Counted from the first letter of the stretch, positions 1 through 8,605 are shown. The stretch is 32,000 nt of DNA from Candidatus Kuenenia stuttgartensis (GCF_900232105.1 NZ_LT934425.1:1320001-1352000), one strand, 5' to 3'. The notes: generated by a model from the sequence alone, not told the origin. Program-made: numbers and translations.

Positions 1-172
1 ACTATTATCAGGCTCCCCAGGCATACCATAAACTTCGTGTGGTACCCAGTGAGTGATAATTTCTACAGCCTTGGCTTCTTTCACCATAAGGCTTGAAACA
101 GTACCTATAACGCCACAACCAATCAACGCTGATGCCAATGTAACTTTCAAAAATTTACGCATGATACTTCTC
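1..172 (-). CDS. Partial CDS (first 57 codons; continues past window start): exported protein, probable lipoprotein
   Basis: Not in the ORF track because there is no stop in the window. Minus-strand ATG at 172-170, with an AAGGAG Shine-Dalgarno (complement of 180-185) 7 nt upstream. Translation MRKFLKVTLASALIGCGVIGTVSSLMVKEAKAVEIITHWVPHEVYGMPGEPDNS has a basic n-region, a hydrophobic core and a lipobox-like LIGC. Confidence 0.55.
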
Positions 173-316
173 CTTTACAAAAATTCCTGTGTGGAATTAA
201 TTATCTCAACAAAAATTTTTTACAAAAAACTAATATTATCAGGCATTGCGACAATCACCCCCTTACAAAAAGAACTTACACCTTTTTAAGAAAAGACTTT
301 CGGTATCGGAAAATAG

Positions 317-529
317 TTAAAAAGTATCCCAGCATTTTTTACAAATTTTAAAAGATAAAAATCTTTCATTCACGAACTTAAGCATTTTATTAAAAAAAAA
401 CATTGCGCTGGTTACACTGAACGCTATTAATACGTAAATAACAATTGGCGTTAAAAAGAAGCTGGAAATTATCAGGAATAGAAGCTTTAGTGTTCTGCAA
501 GACGATGTCGTTGTAATCATCATATACAC
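317..529 (-). CDS. Hypothetical small hydrophobic (about two-TM) protein; the ATG at 523 is a likelier start than the GTG at 529
   Basis: ORF-track entry of 70 aa. Two hydrophobic stretches (LLFLIISSFFLTPIVIYVLIAFSVTSAMFFF). GAAAGG-like SD on the minus strand just upstream. I recognise no family. Confidence 0.25.
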   Translation of the reverse strand: MYMMITTTSSCRTLKLLFLIISSFFLTPIVIYVLIAFSVTSAMFFFNKMLKFVNERFLSFKICKKCWDTF

Positions 530-743
530 CCTTTCTTAATTGATTTTTACAAATAGAGTTGTCTGAAAAATTACTTAATCTGTATTTTTAAATAACAATC
601 GTTGTGCCAATGGCATCAAAAATCCGTATATCCTTTTGTTTAGGCAAATTACGGCTTATACGATTACAAACAACGCCCTTCATGATACGTAGGTGCTTAC
701 GATAATTCGTTATTATTTACGGGATTTAATAAACATAAATAAA

Positions 744-772
744 TTGACGTTCAAGCAAATCCAAAATATTAT
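744..772 (+). promoter_or_regulatory. Candidate sigma-70 promoter for the GAF-EBP gene
   Basis: TTGACG (744-749), a 17-nt spacer, then TATTAT (767-772), about 90 nt upstream of the ATG at 863. This is a pattern match only. Confidence 0.35.
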
Positions 773-862
773 AATCCAATTGAAAAACCGGTATGTTTTT
801 GGAGTATTAACGATAGTGTGGAAAATGCATTGTTTTCGGATAAATAAAGGTTTATTAAAAAT

Positions 863-2485
863 ATGAATTTGGAATTCTTCCAATCTATCGCTATTTCCGT
901 ATCAAACGAACGTTCATTGGATGTGGTTTTTCGTAATATTGTAAATGGGCTTGCTGAAGACTCTAATGTTGTGCTTGCCAGGATTTGGCTCATTGCCCCT
1001 GGTGACATATGTCATACATGTTATTGGCGGAAGGGGTGTCCGGATCAAACTAAATGTTTGCATCTGGTTGCAAGCAATGGAAGATCACTCTATAGTGAAA
1101 AATGGCCAACGTCTATTAAAGGACGTTATAAACGATTTCCCCTTTACACGTATTCCCGGAAAAATGTTAGCGCCTCAGGGAAAATAGGCTATATAGGTGG
1201 AACCGGAAATGCTGTTTTACGCAATGATATCTATGAAAATCCGGATTGGTTATTGGACACTGAATGGGCGCAAAGAGAAAAAATAGCAAGTTTTGATGGG
1301 CAGCCGTTGGTGTTTCGAAATGAAACACTTGGTGTGCTTGCGCTTTTCAGCAGAAAAGAGTTGGATCAGGCATTGTTGATCATGCTCAGGACTTTTGCTT
1401 CGAACGCTGCCGCTGCCATCGCCAATGCAAGAGCATTTGAAGAAATAGAACAATTACATCAACAGTTGGAACTGGAAAATGAGTATCTCAGAGATGAAAT
1501 CAAAGAAGCATATTCATTTGCGGATATTGTTGGCCAAGGTTCATCCTTACAAAAAACACTCCAACAAATAGAACTTGTGGCGCCAACTAACGCAACGGTT
1601 CTCATAAAAGGTGAAACCGGTACCGGAAAAGAACTTATTGCCCTGGCGATTCATCAACGTAGCAAACGAAAAAATAACCCGCTTATTAAAGTTAATTGTG
1701 CTTCAATCCCGAAGGAACTTTTTGAAAGTGAGTTTTTTGGACATATAAAAGGCGCTTTTACCGGGGCAATTAAGGACAGGGTTGGTCGTTTTCAACTTGC
1801 TGACGGAGGAACTATTTTCCTTGATGAAGTGGGAGAAATACCAATAGAGTTACAAGGCAAATTGCTTCGGGTGCTTCAGGAAGGGGAATATGAGATTATC
1901 GGAGAGGGAAAGACTCGTCGTGTTGATGTAAGGGTTATCGCCGCAACCAACAGAAATCTGGAAAAGGAGATGGAATCAAAACAGTTTCGGCAGGATCTTT
2001 ATTTTCGTTTAAGCGTCTTTCCTCTTGAAATAGACCCTCTTCGTAAGAGAAAAGAAGATATACCTCTCCTGGCAAGACATTTTTTGAAGCAAAACTGCCG
2101 GAGTATTGGATTTAAAGAATTATTTCTGAAGAAAGAGCAGATTCTGCAACTTCAGAGTTATGATTGGCCAGGGAATATACGCGAACTGCAAAATGTTATT
2201 GAACGTGCAGTTATTTTATCAAGGGGTGGGGAGTTAAAATTAGATTTGCCGGAAGTATATATTATTAAAAAACCACCAAACCTCCCACAGCGTATTAAAT
2301 CTTCCGGAGAACCCGGTGAGGTAATGACATCCGATGAATTGAAGTCTTTGGAAAAGGAAAATATTCTTGCCGCACTTATTAAAACAAATTGGAAAATTTC
2401 CGGGGCTGGAGGTGCGGCGGAACTTCTCGGAATGAAATCTACAACCCTATCATCTAAAATTAAAGCATTTGGGATTCAGAGGTGA
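863..2485 (+). CDS. Sigma-54-dependent transcriptional activator (EBP), GAF-like N-terminal sensor + AAA+ + Fis-type HTH (FhlA-like subfamily)
   Basis: 540 aa. Walker A GETGTGKE, the sigma-54 contact loop GAFTGA, Walker B FLDEVGE, and RVIAATNRNL...FRQDLYFRL. C-terminal HTH AAELLGMKSTTLSSKIKAFGI. The N-terminal roughly 190 aa is GAF-like (LGVLALFSRKE) and carries a Cys/His cluster CHTCYWRKGCPDQTKCLH. Confidence 0.93.
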   Translation: MNLEFFQSIAISVSNERSLDVVFRNIVNGLAEDSNVVLARIWLIAPGDICHTCYWRKGCPDQTKCLHLVASNGRSLYSEKWPTSIKGRYKRFPLYTYSRKNVSASGKIGYIGGTGNAVLRNDIYENPDWLLDTEWAQREKIASFDGQPLVFRNETLGVLALFSRKELDQALLIMLRTFASNAAAAIANARAFEEIEQLHQQLELENEYLRDEIKEAYSFADIVGQGSSLQKTLQQIELVAPTNATVLIKGETGTGKELIALAIHQRSKRKNNPLIKVNCASIPKELFESEFFGHIKGAFTGAIKDRVGRFQLADGGTIFLDEVGEIPIELQGKLLRVLQEGEYEIIGEGKTRRVDVRVIAATNRNLEKEMESKQFRQDLYFRLSVFPLEIDPLRKRKEDIPLLARHFLKQNCRSIGFKELFLKKEQILQLQSYDWPGNIRELQNVIERAVILSRGGELKLDLPEVYIIKKPPNLPQRIKSSGEPGEVMTSDELKSLEKENILAALIKTNWKISGAGGAAELLGMKSTTLSSKIKAFGIQR

Positions 2486-2599
2486 CCTTAATATTCAGGG
2501 GACACCATACTTAATTATTGATGAGATATTTATTGGGGATTGGAGGGGCGCTTCCCATATTTTTCGATATGCACGTTAAGGTGTGATTTTTTTCTCTGT

Positions 2600-3030
2600 A
2601 TGCCCTGTATGCCAAAAAAAATAGCAAGAGTATGCGCTGTAAATTATCCGCACCATATCACCCAGCATGGAAACAATGGGGGAGACGTCTTTTTTGATGA
2701 CGAAGATAAGGCGTTTTATCTAAAGATCCTCCGTTGCTATAGTAAAAAATTGGGTTTGGATATTTGGGCATCCTGTCTATGACAAACCACATCCATATAC
2801 TTGTGACGCCTGAACAAGAAGAATCCCTTGCCAGAGGGATAGGCGGGACAAATCTGGTATACACACAATACATAAACCGCAAATATAAAAGAAGCGGCAG
2901 GCTATGGCAGAGTCGCTTTTATTCCACGATAATAGAAAAAATGCCATACTTATGGACGGTGATAAGATACATAGAACGAAATCCAGTAAAAGACGGGCTT
3001 GTAAAAAAGGCAGAGCCTACCTGCTTATAG
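2600..3030 (+). pseudogene. HUH/Y1 tyrosine transposase (IS200-like / REP-associated RAYT-like), frameshifted and probably C-terminally truncated
   Basis: There are two ORF fragments. The first reads ...YPHHITQHGNNGGDVFFDDEDKAFYLKILRCYSKKLGLDIWASCL*. The second reads MTNHIHILVTPEQEESLARGIGG...SGRLWQSRFYSTII...RYIERNPV. Together they give a family-typical protein with HUH = HIH and the Tyr in RYIERNP. The junction tgtctaTGAcaaacc (about 2775-2782) needs a 1-nt correction to read ...CL-MTNH. Confidence 0.8.
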
Positions 3031-3068
3031 GCATTACTTCAGATTAAGAAAGGCGCTGGGAGGTTACG

Positions 3069-4817
3069 ATGGTTAAGGCAAAACATGATGTTGCTGTTCT
3101 TGAAAAATGCCCGACGGGCATCAGGGGTCTCGATGAGATCACGAAGGGAGGGCTTCCGAGAGGCAGGACAACCCTGATCTGCGGCGGTGCGGGTTCCGGC
3201 AAAACACTTTTCGCCATGGAGTTTCTCATGCGAGGCGTCAGGGATTACGGAGAACCCGGGGTCTTCATGAGCTTCGAGGAGACGCCGGAGGATCTCGCGA
3301 AGAACTTTGTCTCACTCGGTTTTGATCTCCCGGACATGATGTCGCGTGGTCTCATCGCAACGGACCACGTCAAAATCGAGCGAAGTGAGGTTGAAGAGAC
3401 GGGTGAATACGACCTGGAAGGATTGTTCATCCGCCTGGGCAGCGCCATTGATTCCATCGGCGCGAAGCGGGTTGTCCTGGATACCATAGAAGCGCTTTTC
3501 TCCGGGTTGTCTAATGCCGCTATCATTCGGGCAGAGCTTCGCCGGCTTTTTCACTGGTTGAAAGAGCGCGGTGTGACGGCCATCGTCACGGGGGAAAGCG
3601 GCGACAAGATGCTGACACGTTACGGGCTCGAAGAATACGTCGCCGATTGCGTGATCTTCCTCGACTTTCGCATCGAGGAGCAAATTTCTACCCGTCGCCT
3701 GCGTATTGTCAAGTACCGCGGCTCGTCTCACGGCTCCGATGAGTATCCTTTCCTGATAGACGAGAGCGGCGTTTCTATCCTGCCAATCACTTCCCTGGGG
3801 CTCGACTACCCCGTTTCCACGGAGCGCATCTCCACTGGCATCCCCAAGTTGGATGCCATGCTTGACGGGAAGGGGTACTACCGGGGCAGTACCATCCTCG
3901 TATCAGGTACAGCGGGTACAGGCAAAACAAGTTTGTCTGCTGCCTTTGCCGATGCCGCTTGCCGGCGAGGTGAGCGCTGTCTCTATTTTGCTTTCGAGGA
4001 ATCGCCCAGCCAGATCATCAGGAACATGGGTTCAATCGGCATGAATCTCGCCCGGTGGGTGAAGAAGGGGCTTCTCAAGTTTCATTCAGCCCGGCCTTCG
4101 CTTTACGGCCTTGAGATGCATCTTGTCACCTTCCACAAGGTGATCAATGAGTTCAATCCCCAGGTTTTCATTGTAGACCCGATCAGCAACCTGAGCGCTG
4201 CGGGAAAAGCATCGGAGGTTAAATCCATATTAACGCGCCTGATCGACTATTTGAAAATGAAAAAGATATCTACTTTCCTTACCGACCTCACCCATTTTGG
4301 AGGCAGCCTTGAACACACAAGCGAGGAGATATCCTCTCTGATCGATACATGGCTTCTCCTCCGGGATATCGAACTCAATGGTGAACGCAACCGGGGCATC
4401 TACATTTTGAAGTCACGCGGCATGGCCCACTCCAACCAGATTCAGGAGTTCCTGCTCACGAACCAGGGCATTGACCTTATCGATATCTATACCGGTCTTG
4501 GCGAGGTATTAACCGGCAGTGCCAGGGCCTCCCAGGAAGCCAGGGAAAAGGCCGCTGAGTTGGTACGCCGGCATGAGGCGGATCGCAGGTTCCGCGAGCA
4601 GGAGTGCAAGAGGAATGTCCTGGAAACAAAAATCGCAGCCCTCCGTGCCGAGTTTGATGCGGAATCTGAAGAGTTGCATTTGATGGCGGAAGGAGAGCGA
4701 AAAAGACAAGCTGTTCTGGCAGAAGGTCGTTTAGAAATGGCGCATCTTCGCAAGGAGGGGACATTCAGCAGTCCGGCGAAGCGCTCGAAAAAAAAGAGAG
4801 AAAGGAGGGTAAAGTGA
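3069..4817 (+). CDS. kaiC: KaiC-family double RecA-like ATPase/autokinase with a roughly 100-aa C-terminal coiled-coil plus basic tail extension
   Basis: 582 aa. The N-terminus [32 protein letters not shown] is the CI Walker A (residues 39-46). The second Walker A is SGTAGTGKT (279-287). Catalytic EE pairs sit after each (FEE 69-71, FEE 309-311). The phosphosite-equivalent motif is [13 protein letters not shown] (Ser422-Ser423). Residues from about 485 to 582 are heptad-like and charged ([22 protein letters not shown]...) and end in [12 protein letters not shown]. Confidence 0.93.
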   Translation: MVKAKHDVAVLEKCPTGIRGLDEITKGGLPRGRTTLICGGAGSGKTLFAMEFLMRGVRDYGEPGVFMSFEETPEDLAKNFVSLGFDLPDMMSRGLIATDHVKIERSEVEETGEYDLEGLFIRLGSAIDSIGAKRVVLDTIEALFSGLSNAAIIRAELRRLFHWLKERGVTAIVTGESGDKMLTRYGLEEYVADCVIFLDFRIEEQISTRRLRIVKYRGSSHGSDEYPFLIDESGVSILPITSLGLDYPVSTERISTGIPKLDAMLDGKGYYRGSTILVSGTAGTGKTSLSAAFADAACRRGERCLYFAFEESPSQIIRNMGSIGMNLARWVKKGLLKFHSARPSLYGLEMHLVTFHKVINEFNPQVFIVDPISNLSAAGKASEVKSILTRLIDYLKMKKISTFLTDLTHFGGSLEHTSEEISSLIDTWLLLRDIELNGERNRGIYILKSRGMAHSNQIQEFLLTNQGIDLIDIYTGLGEVLTGSARASQEAREKAAELVRRHEADRRFREQECKRNVLETKIAALRAEFDAESEELHLMAEGERKRQAVLAEGRLEMAHLRKEGTFSSPAKRSKKKRERRVK

Positions 4818-5149
4818 AAGCTGTCTCATCAGGAAAGAGGAAGAAAGCAAAGACCGATTTTACGGAAGGGGTCTGGAATCTCCGGTTGTATGTAGCCGGT
4901 CAGACCCCGAAATCAATTACGGCCTTTGCTAATTTAAAGAGGATCTGCGAAGAGCACCTTGCGGGTAAATACTGCATTGAAGTGATAGACCTTTTAAAGA
5001 ATCCTCTGCTTGCTAAAGGTGACCAGATTATTGCCATACCTACACTGGTAAGGAAGCTCCCTGAACCGCTTAAAAAGATTATCGGAGATCTGGCTAACAC
5101 AGAGCGCGTGCTGGTGGGACTCGACATTCGTTCTGTCTCCGGAGGATAA
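4814..5149 (+). CDS. kaiB: KaiB (thioredoxin-like clock protein), copy 1
   Basis: 111 aa. The core [27 protein letters not shown]...[51 protein letters not shown] matches canonical KaiB. The GTG start overlaps the kaiC stop (GTGA at 4814-4817). AAAGGAGGG SD at 4801-4809. Confidence 0.9.
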   Translation: MKAVSSGKRKKAKTDFTEGVWNLRLYVAGQTPKSITAFANLKRICEEHLAGKYCIEVIDLLKNPLLAKGDQIIAIPTLVRKLPEPLKKIIGDLANTERVLVGLDIRSVSGG

Positions 5150-5278
5150 AATCAACCCTTCGACTATCTCCGGTCTCAAGCCCGGGGTTTGCTCAGGGTT
5201 GATACGGATCGGCACTTTTACCTCGTCCTGAAGGCCGGGGCTTGGCAACGTCGAAGTATCAATTTTGGAGTAACAGCC

Positions 5279-5638
5279 ATGGAGAGGAACAGAGGTAAAA
5301 CGAGCACTGAGAAATTCGAAAAAGCGGCGACGAAGTTAGGCCAGGCAAAGCACGTTTTTCGGCTGTATGTTACAGGGATGACCCCAAAGTCAACCCGGGC
5401 AATCGCCAATGTCCGGAAACTCTGCGAGACATACCTGGCAGGGCGCTACGAACTCAACGTGATAGACATCTACCAGCAGCCCAATCTGGCCAAGGAAGAG
5501 CAGATTATCGCCACCCCAACGCTCATCAAAAAACTCCCACTGCCATTCCGGAGGTTTATCGGCGACATGTCGGATACGGAAAGGTTTCTTGCAGGCATAG
5601 GTCTGGAACCCAAAGAATTCATGAGTACGAACCAATGA
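5279..5638 (+). CDS. kaiB: KaiB, copy 2 (diverged paralog)
   Basis: I trimmed the track ORF 5189..5638 to the ATG at 5279, which has GGAG 9 nt upstream. The core [27 protein letters not shown]...[50 protein letters not shown] is KaiB-like. Roughly half of core positions are identical to copy 1 by eye. The stop overlaps the next start (ATGA at 5635-5638). Confidence 0.88.
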   Translation: MERNRGKTSTEKFEKAATKLGQAKHVFRLYVTGMTPKSTRAIANVRKLCETYLAGRYELNVIDIYQQPNLAKEEQIIATPTLIKKLPLPFRRFIGDMSDTERFLAGIGLEPKEFMSTNQ

Positions 5639-7614
5639 GCAAATCGTATAGAACACGACAACAACTTTTGGATGAGTTGCAGGAACTTACGTCGCGGATG
5701 ATGGAAGCGGAGGAAACTCTGCGCGCTATCCGGGGCGGTGAGGTGGATGGACTGGTTGTCTCAACGGCGGAAGGAGAGCGGGTCTTTACACTATCGGGCG
5801 CCGAGCATCCTTACAGAGTCATGGTCGAAACCATGAACGAAGGGGCCGTCACTCTGGCCTCCGACGGCACGATCCTTTTCTGTAACCAACGTTTTGCAGA
5901 TATCGTCCAAAGATCTCTGGGAAAAGTAATGGGATCTTCAATCTACCAATACATTTCATCAACAGACCGCCAATTATTTGAGGCATTGGTTGAGCGGGGT
6001 TTGAAGGGGAACAGTAAGGCGGAACTGGCCTTGCAGACCGGAGGTGAAAATACTGCACCTGCCTTACTTTCCATAAGCACCCTTCAGCACACGGATATGC
6101 CCGCTGTGGTGTGCATGGTGGTTACCGACCTGACGGAACAAAAGCGCAATGAGGAGATGTTGGCGGAGGAAAAACTGACAACTCAAATCCTCAATCAAGC
6201 TGCGGAAATATTTGTTCTCTGTGACCCCCAGGGCCGTATACTCCGTGCAAGTCAGTCGACCAGTAGTCTCTTCGGTAGAAGCCCACTCTTCCAGGTGTTT
6301 GACGAGGCATTTCACCTCCTCTATCCAGACGGGATGCCATTTATCCTTCTCCCTGCAATGAGTGGCAAATTCCTTCACGCGGTTGAGGTCAATTTCAAGC
6401 ATGGGGACAACGAGACTTATTCTTTTCTGTTGAGCGCAAACCCACTTATTACTCATAAAGGCGCCATCGGTATTGTTGTCGTAATGGTGGACATCACCGA
6501 GCGCAGGAAGATGGAAGACTCACGGCAAAAAGACCATGACAAACTCGAGCAGCAGGTGGAGGAGCGGACTCTCGAACTTCGGACGGCTCTTTCTGAAATA
6601 AAAACATTGAAAGACCGACTCGAGGCCGAGAATATTTACTTACGTCACGAGAACAAAAGGAGACATCACTTTGCCCAAATTCTTGGGCAAAGCGATAGTC
6701 TCAAGTATGTTCTCTATCGCGCGGAACAAGTTGCCCCCACGAATGCAACTGTCCTCATCCTTGGTGAGACCGGTACGGGGAAGGAGTTGATCGCTTTCGC
6801 CATCCATGACATGAGCCCCCGCAAGGAACGCCCCATGATCACGGTCAACTGTGCTGCCCTGCCGGGCAATTTAATTGAGAGCGAATTATTCGGCCGGGAG
6901 AAGGGGGCATTTACCGGGGCTGATACCCGGCGGATCGGCCGGTTCGAGGTCGCCAATGGTTCCACCCTTTGCCTGGACGAGATCGGGGAGCTGCCGCTGG
7001 AGTTGCAGGCAAAGCTACTCCGGGTGATTCAGCATAACGAGTTTGAGCGCCTGGGGTCGCCCCATACCATCAAAGTTGATGTACGGATAGTGGCAACGAC
7101 CAATCGAAACCTTGAGGAAGAGATCCGCAATGGCCGTTTCCGGCAGGACCTTTACTATCGGCTCAACGTCTTCCCCATCACTGTCCCACCACTGCGGCAG
7201 CGGAAAGAAGACATCCCTCTGATGGTACACGCCTTCGTAGAGCGATACTCCAGGAAATTGGGCAAACAGATCACGTCGATCCAGAAGGAGGCGATGAAGG
7301 CGCTGCAGGATTATCCATGGCCTGGGAACGTCCGGGAGCTGGAGAGCATCATTGAGCGAGCCGTGATCTTGTGCCCCGGGCCGGTTTTGCAACTTGCAGA
7401 TAAACTGGAGATTTCATCGCCCGCATTTTCATCCACCGTGAGGACATTGGAAGAGACGGAGCGAGACCAAATTCTTAAAATCCTTTCTGAAACCCGATGG
7501 CGCATCGAGGGAAAGAACGGGGCCGCAGCGATTCTGGGCATCCACCCGAGTACCTTAAGAGCGAGGATGCATAAACTCGGGATAGTCCGGCCGGAGACAA
7601 AAGAACCCAATTAG
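5635..7614 (+). CDS. Sigma-54-dependent transcriptional activator: N-terminal coiled coil + two PAS-like domains + AAA+ + Fis-type HTH; no receiver domain
   Basis: 659 aa. The N-terminus reads [35 protein letters not shown]-like blocks: [25 protein letters not shown]...[13 protein letters not shown] and [20 protein letters not shown]...[16 protein letters not shown] coiled-coil linker is followed by [21 protein letters not shown] and [10 protein letters not shown]...[17 protein letters not shown] is [21 protein letters not shown]. Confidence 0.93.
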   Translation: MSKSYRTRQQLLDELQELTSRMMEAEETLRAIRGGEVDGLVVSTAEGERVFTLSGAEHPYRVMVETMNEGAVTLASDGTILFCNQRFADIVQRSLGKVMGSSIYQYISSTDRQLFEALVERGLKGNSKAELALQTGGENTAPALLSISTLQHTDMPAVVCMVVTDLTEQKRNEEMLAEEKLTTQILNQAAEIFVLCDPQGRILRASQSTSSLFGRSPLFQVFDEAFHLLYPDGMPFILLPAMSGKFLHAVEVNFKHGDNETYSFLLSANPLITHKGAIGIVVVMVDITERRKMEDSRQKDHDKLEQQVEERTLELRTALSEIKTLKDRLEAENIYLRHENKRRHHFAQILGQSDSLKYVLYRAEQVAPTNATVLILGETGTGKELIAFAIHDMSPRKERPMITVNCAALPGNLIESELFGREKGAFTGADTRRIGRFEVANGSTLCLDEIGELPLELQAKLLRVIQHNEFERLGSPHTIKVDVRIVATTNRNLEEEIRNGRFRQDLYYRLNVFPITVPPLRQRKEDIPLMVHAFVERYSRKLGKQITSIQKEAMKALQDYPWPGNVRELESIIERAVILCPGPVLQLADKLEISSPAFSSTVRTLEETERDQILKILSETRWRIEGKNGAAAILGIHPSTLRARMHKLGIVRPETKEPN

Positions 7615-7638
7615 ATTGTCCACCTCTCCACAAGGTAT

Positions 7639-7673
7639 CCCTCAACATGTTGATGTCCCGCCAAATATTGAGG
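7639..7673. promoter_or_regulatory. Candidate upstream activator sequence: perfect 12-bp palindrome TCAACATGTTGA (7642-7653) plus flanking CCTCAA/TTGAGG inverted half-sites
   Basis: The palindrome was read directly. It lies about 120-135 bp upstream of the -24 element at 7774, the usual EBP-UAS distance. It sits immediately after the stop of the PAS-EBP gene. Confidence 0.3.
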
Positions 7674-7773
7674 CTAAACGAATCATTTCATACTTTTCTG
7701 CCGTCCTCTACTATTAACCTAACCCCCTTGTTATTAAAGGATTAATCCACACTTCATATTTTCCATCGGCTAT

Positions 7774-7788
7774 TGGCAGACCATTTGC
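7774..7788 (+). promoter_or_regulatory. Sigma-54 (-24/-12) promoter candidate TGGCAG-ACCAT-TTGC
   Basis: It matches TGGCAC-N5-TTGC at 9 of 10 consensus positions with exact GG-N10-GC spacing. It is the only well-spaced match I found on either strand. The predicted start near 7800 is 2 nt before the ATG at 7802. Confidence 0.55.
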
Positions 7789-7801
7789 CAGTAGTATCCT
7801 T

Positions 7802-8134
7802 ATGATCCTCTTAAGCATACGAATGAATGTCCTTTCAGAGAAGCGCCTGGAGTTGTCACAGACGATCGCGTCACTATCCGGTTTCATAAGGATGGAGAAG
7901 GGATGCGAGAGCTGCGACTTCTACCAGAGTATCGAGGATGAAAATCGACTCTTTCTTCTTGAAGAATGGGATACCCGGAAGAACCTTATGGCCCACCTGA
8001 AGTCGGAACGTTTTAAGGTGATCCGGGGAGCGATGTGCCTTCTCAGAGAGCCTTATGAAATGATGTTCCACGCCGTTTTTCACCCGAAAGGGATGGAGGA
8101 GATTTACCCGAAGATCGGACGATCGTGCGACTGA
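7802..8134 (+). CDS. ABM-fold (antibiotic biosynthesis monooxygenase / Dabb-like) small protein
   Basis: 110 aa. The pattern is strand (ILLSIRMNV), helix (EKRLELSQTIASL), then GCESCDFYQSIEDENRLFLLEEWDTRKNLMAHLKSERF. The E.W......H....F portion is typical of ABM ferredoxin-like domains. Confidence 0.65.
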   Translation: MILLSIRMNVLSEKRLELSQTIASLSGFIRMEKGCESCDFYQSIEDENRLFLLEEWDTRKNLMAHLKSERFKVIRGAMCLLREPYEMMFHAVFHPKGMEEIYPKIGRSCD

Positions 8135-8274
8135 GTAGGATTGGCGAAGGGATCCTGGCCGGAAGATTGACGTGTGTCCGGGGAAGAGAATTTTTGCATA
8201 GCCAGCAGTTTAATTACGGGGAAGACTGGGGGCAGAGTGCCAGCAGTCAAACCGAAAACAAAAGGAGGAATACC

Positions 8275-8454
8275 ATGAAATCCAGTACGAATGACCAGGT
8301 AGAAGGCAAGTTTCACAAAGTGAAGGGCAAGATCAAGGAGATAGCCGGGAAAGTCAGTGAGAATCCCGGGTTGGAAGCCGAAGGCAAAGACGAAAAGAGA
8401 GCCGGTAAAGTTCAGGAAAAGATCGGCCAGGTCAAGAAAGTCATGGGGAAGTAA
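8275..8454 (+). CDS. CsbD-family general stress protein
   Basis: I trimmed the track ORF 8125..8454 to the ATG at 8275, which follows AAGGAGG (8262-8268). The 59-aa product is MKSSTNDQVEGKFHKVKGKIKEIAGKVSENPGLEAEGKDEKRAGKVQEKIGQVKKVMGK, the classic CsbD G-K repeat pattern. Confidence 0.85.
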   Translation: MKSSTNDQVEGKFHKVKGKIKEIAGKVSENPGLEAEGKDEKRAGKVQEKIGQVKKVMGK

Positions 8455-8605
8455 GAGTGCGGCGCGTATCATGCGTCGTCACACCTTTGAAGCCGCGGAT
8501 GAGGTCGGATAGACGTTGATACCATTATACCGCTGGAGGGTAAGGGAAGGCATTACACCCATCATTTCAGCGAAGTTCTTTATATTGTTATCATGAGGAG
8601 AAATT

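Noticed and set aside
3044-7610. About a dozen antisense or alternate-frame ORFs of 60-139 aa under kaiC, kaiB and the PAS-EBP (e.g. 3312..3731-, 4477..4764-, 6064..6456-, 7015..7392-)
   Set aside because: They lie entirely inside strongly supported genes. They have Arg/Pro/Ser/Ala-rich low-complexity translations typical of stop-poor shadow frames in GC-rich DNA. None has a convincing SD.
8231-8244. Second sigma-54-like site GGCAG-N8-GC upstream of the csbD-like gene
   Set aside because: The GG-N10-GC spacing is right, but the -12 region reads CAGCA instead of TTGCW and the -24 region lacks the leading T. It is too weak to call without a PWM score.
8125-8274. N-terminal extensions of track ORFs (8125..8454, 5189..5638, 12041..12316, 10061..10546, 22826..23515)
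   Set aside because: In each case an internal ATG preceded by a strong SD gives a product that starts where the family normally starts. The upstream extension has no family similarity.
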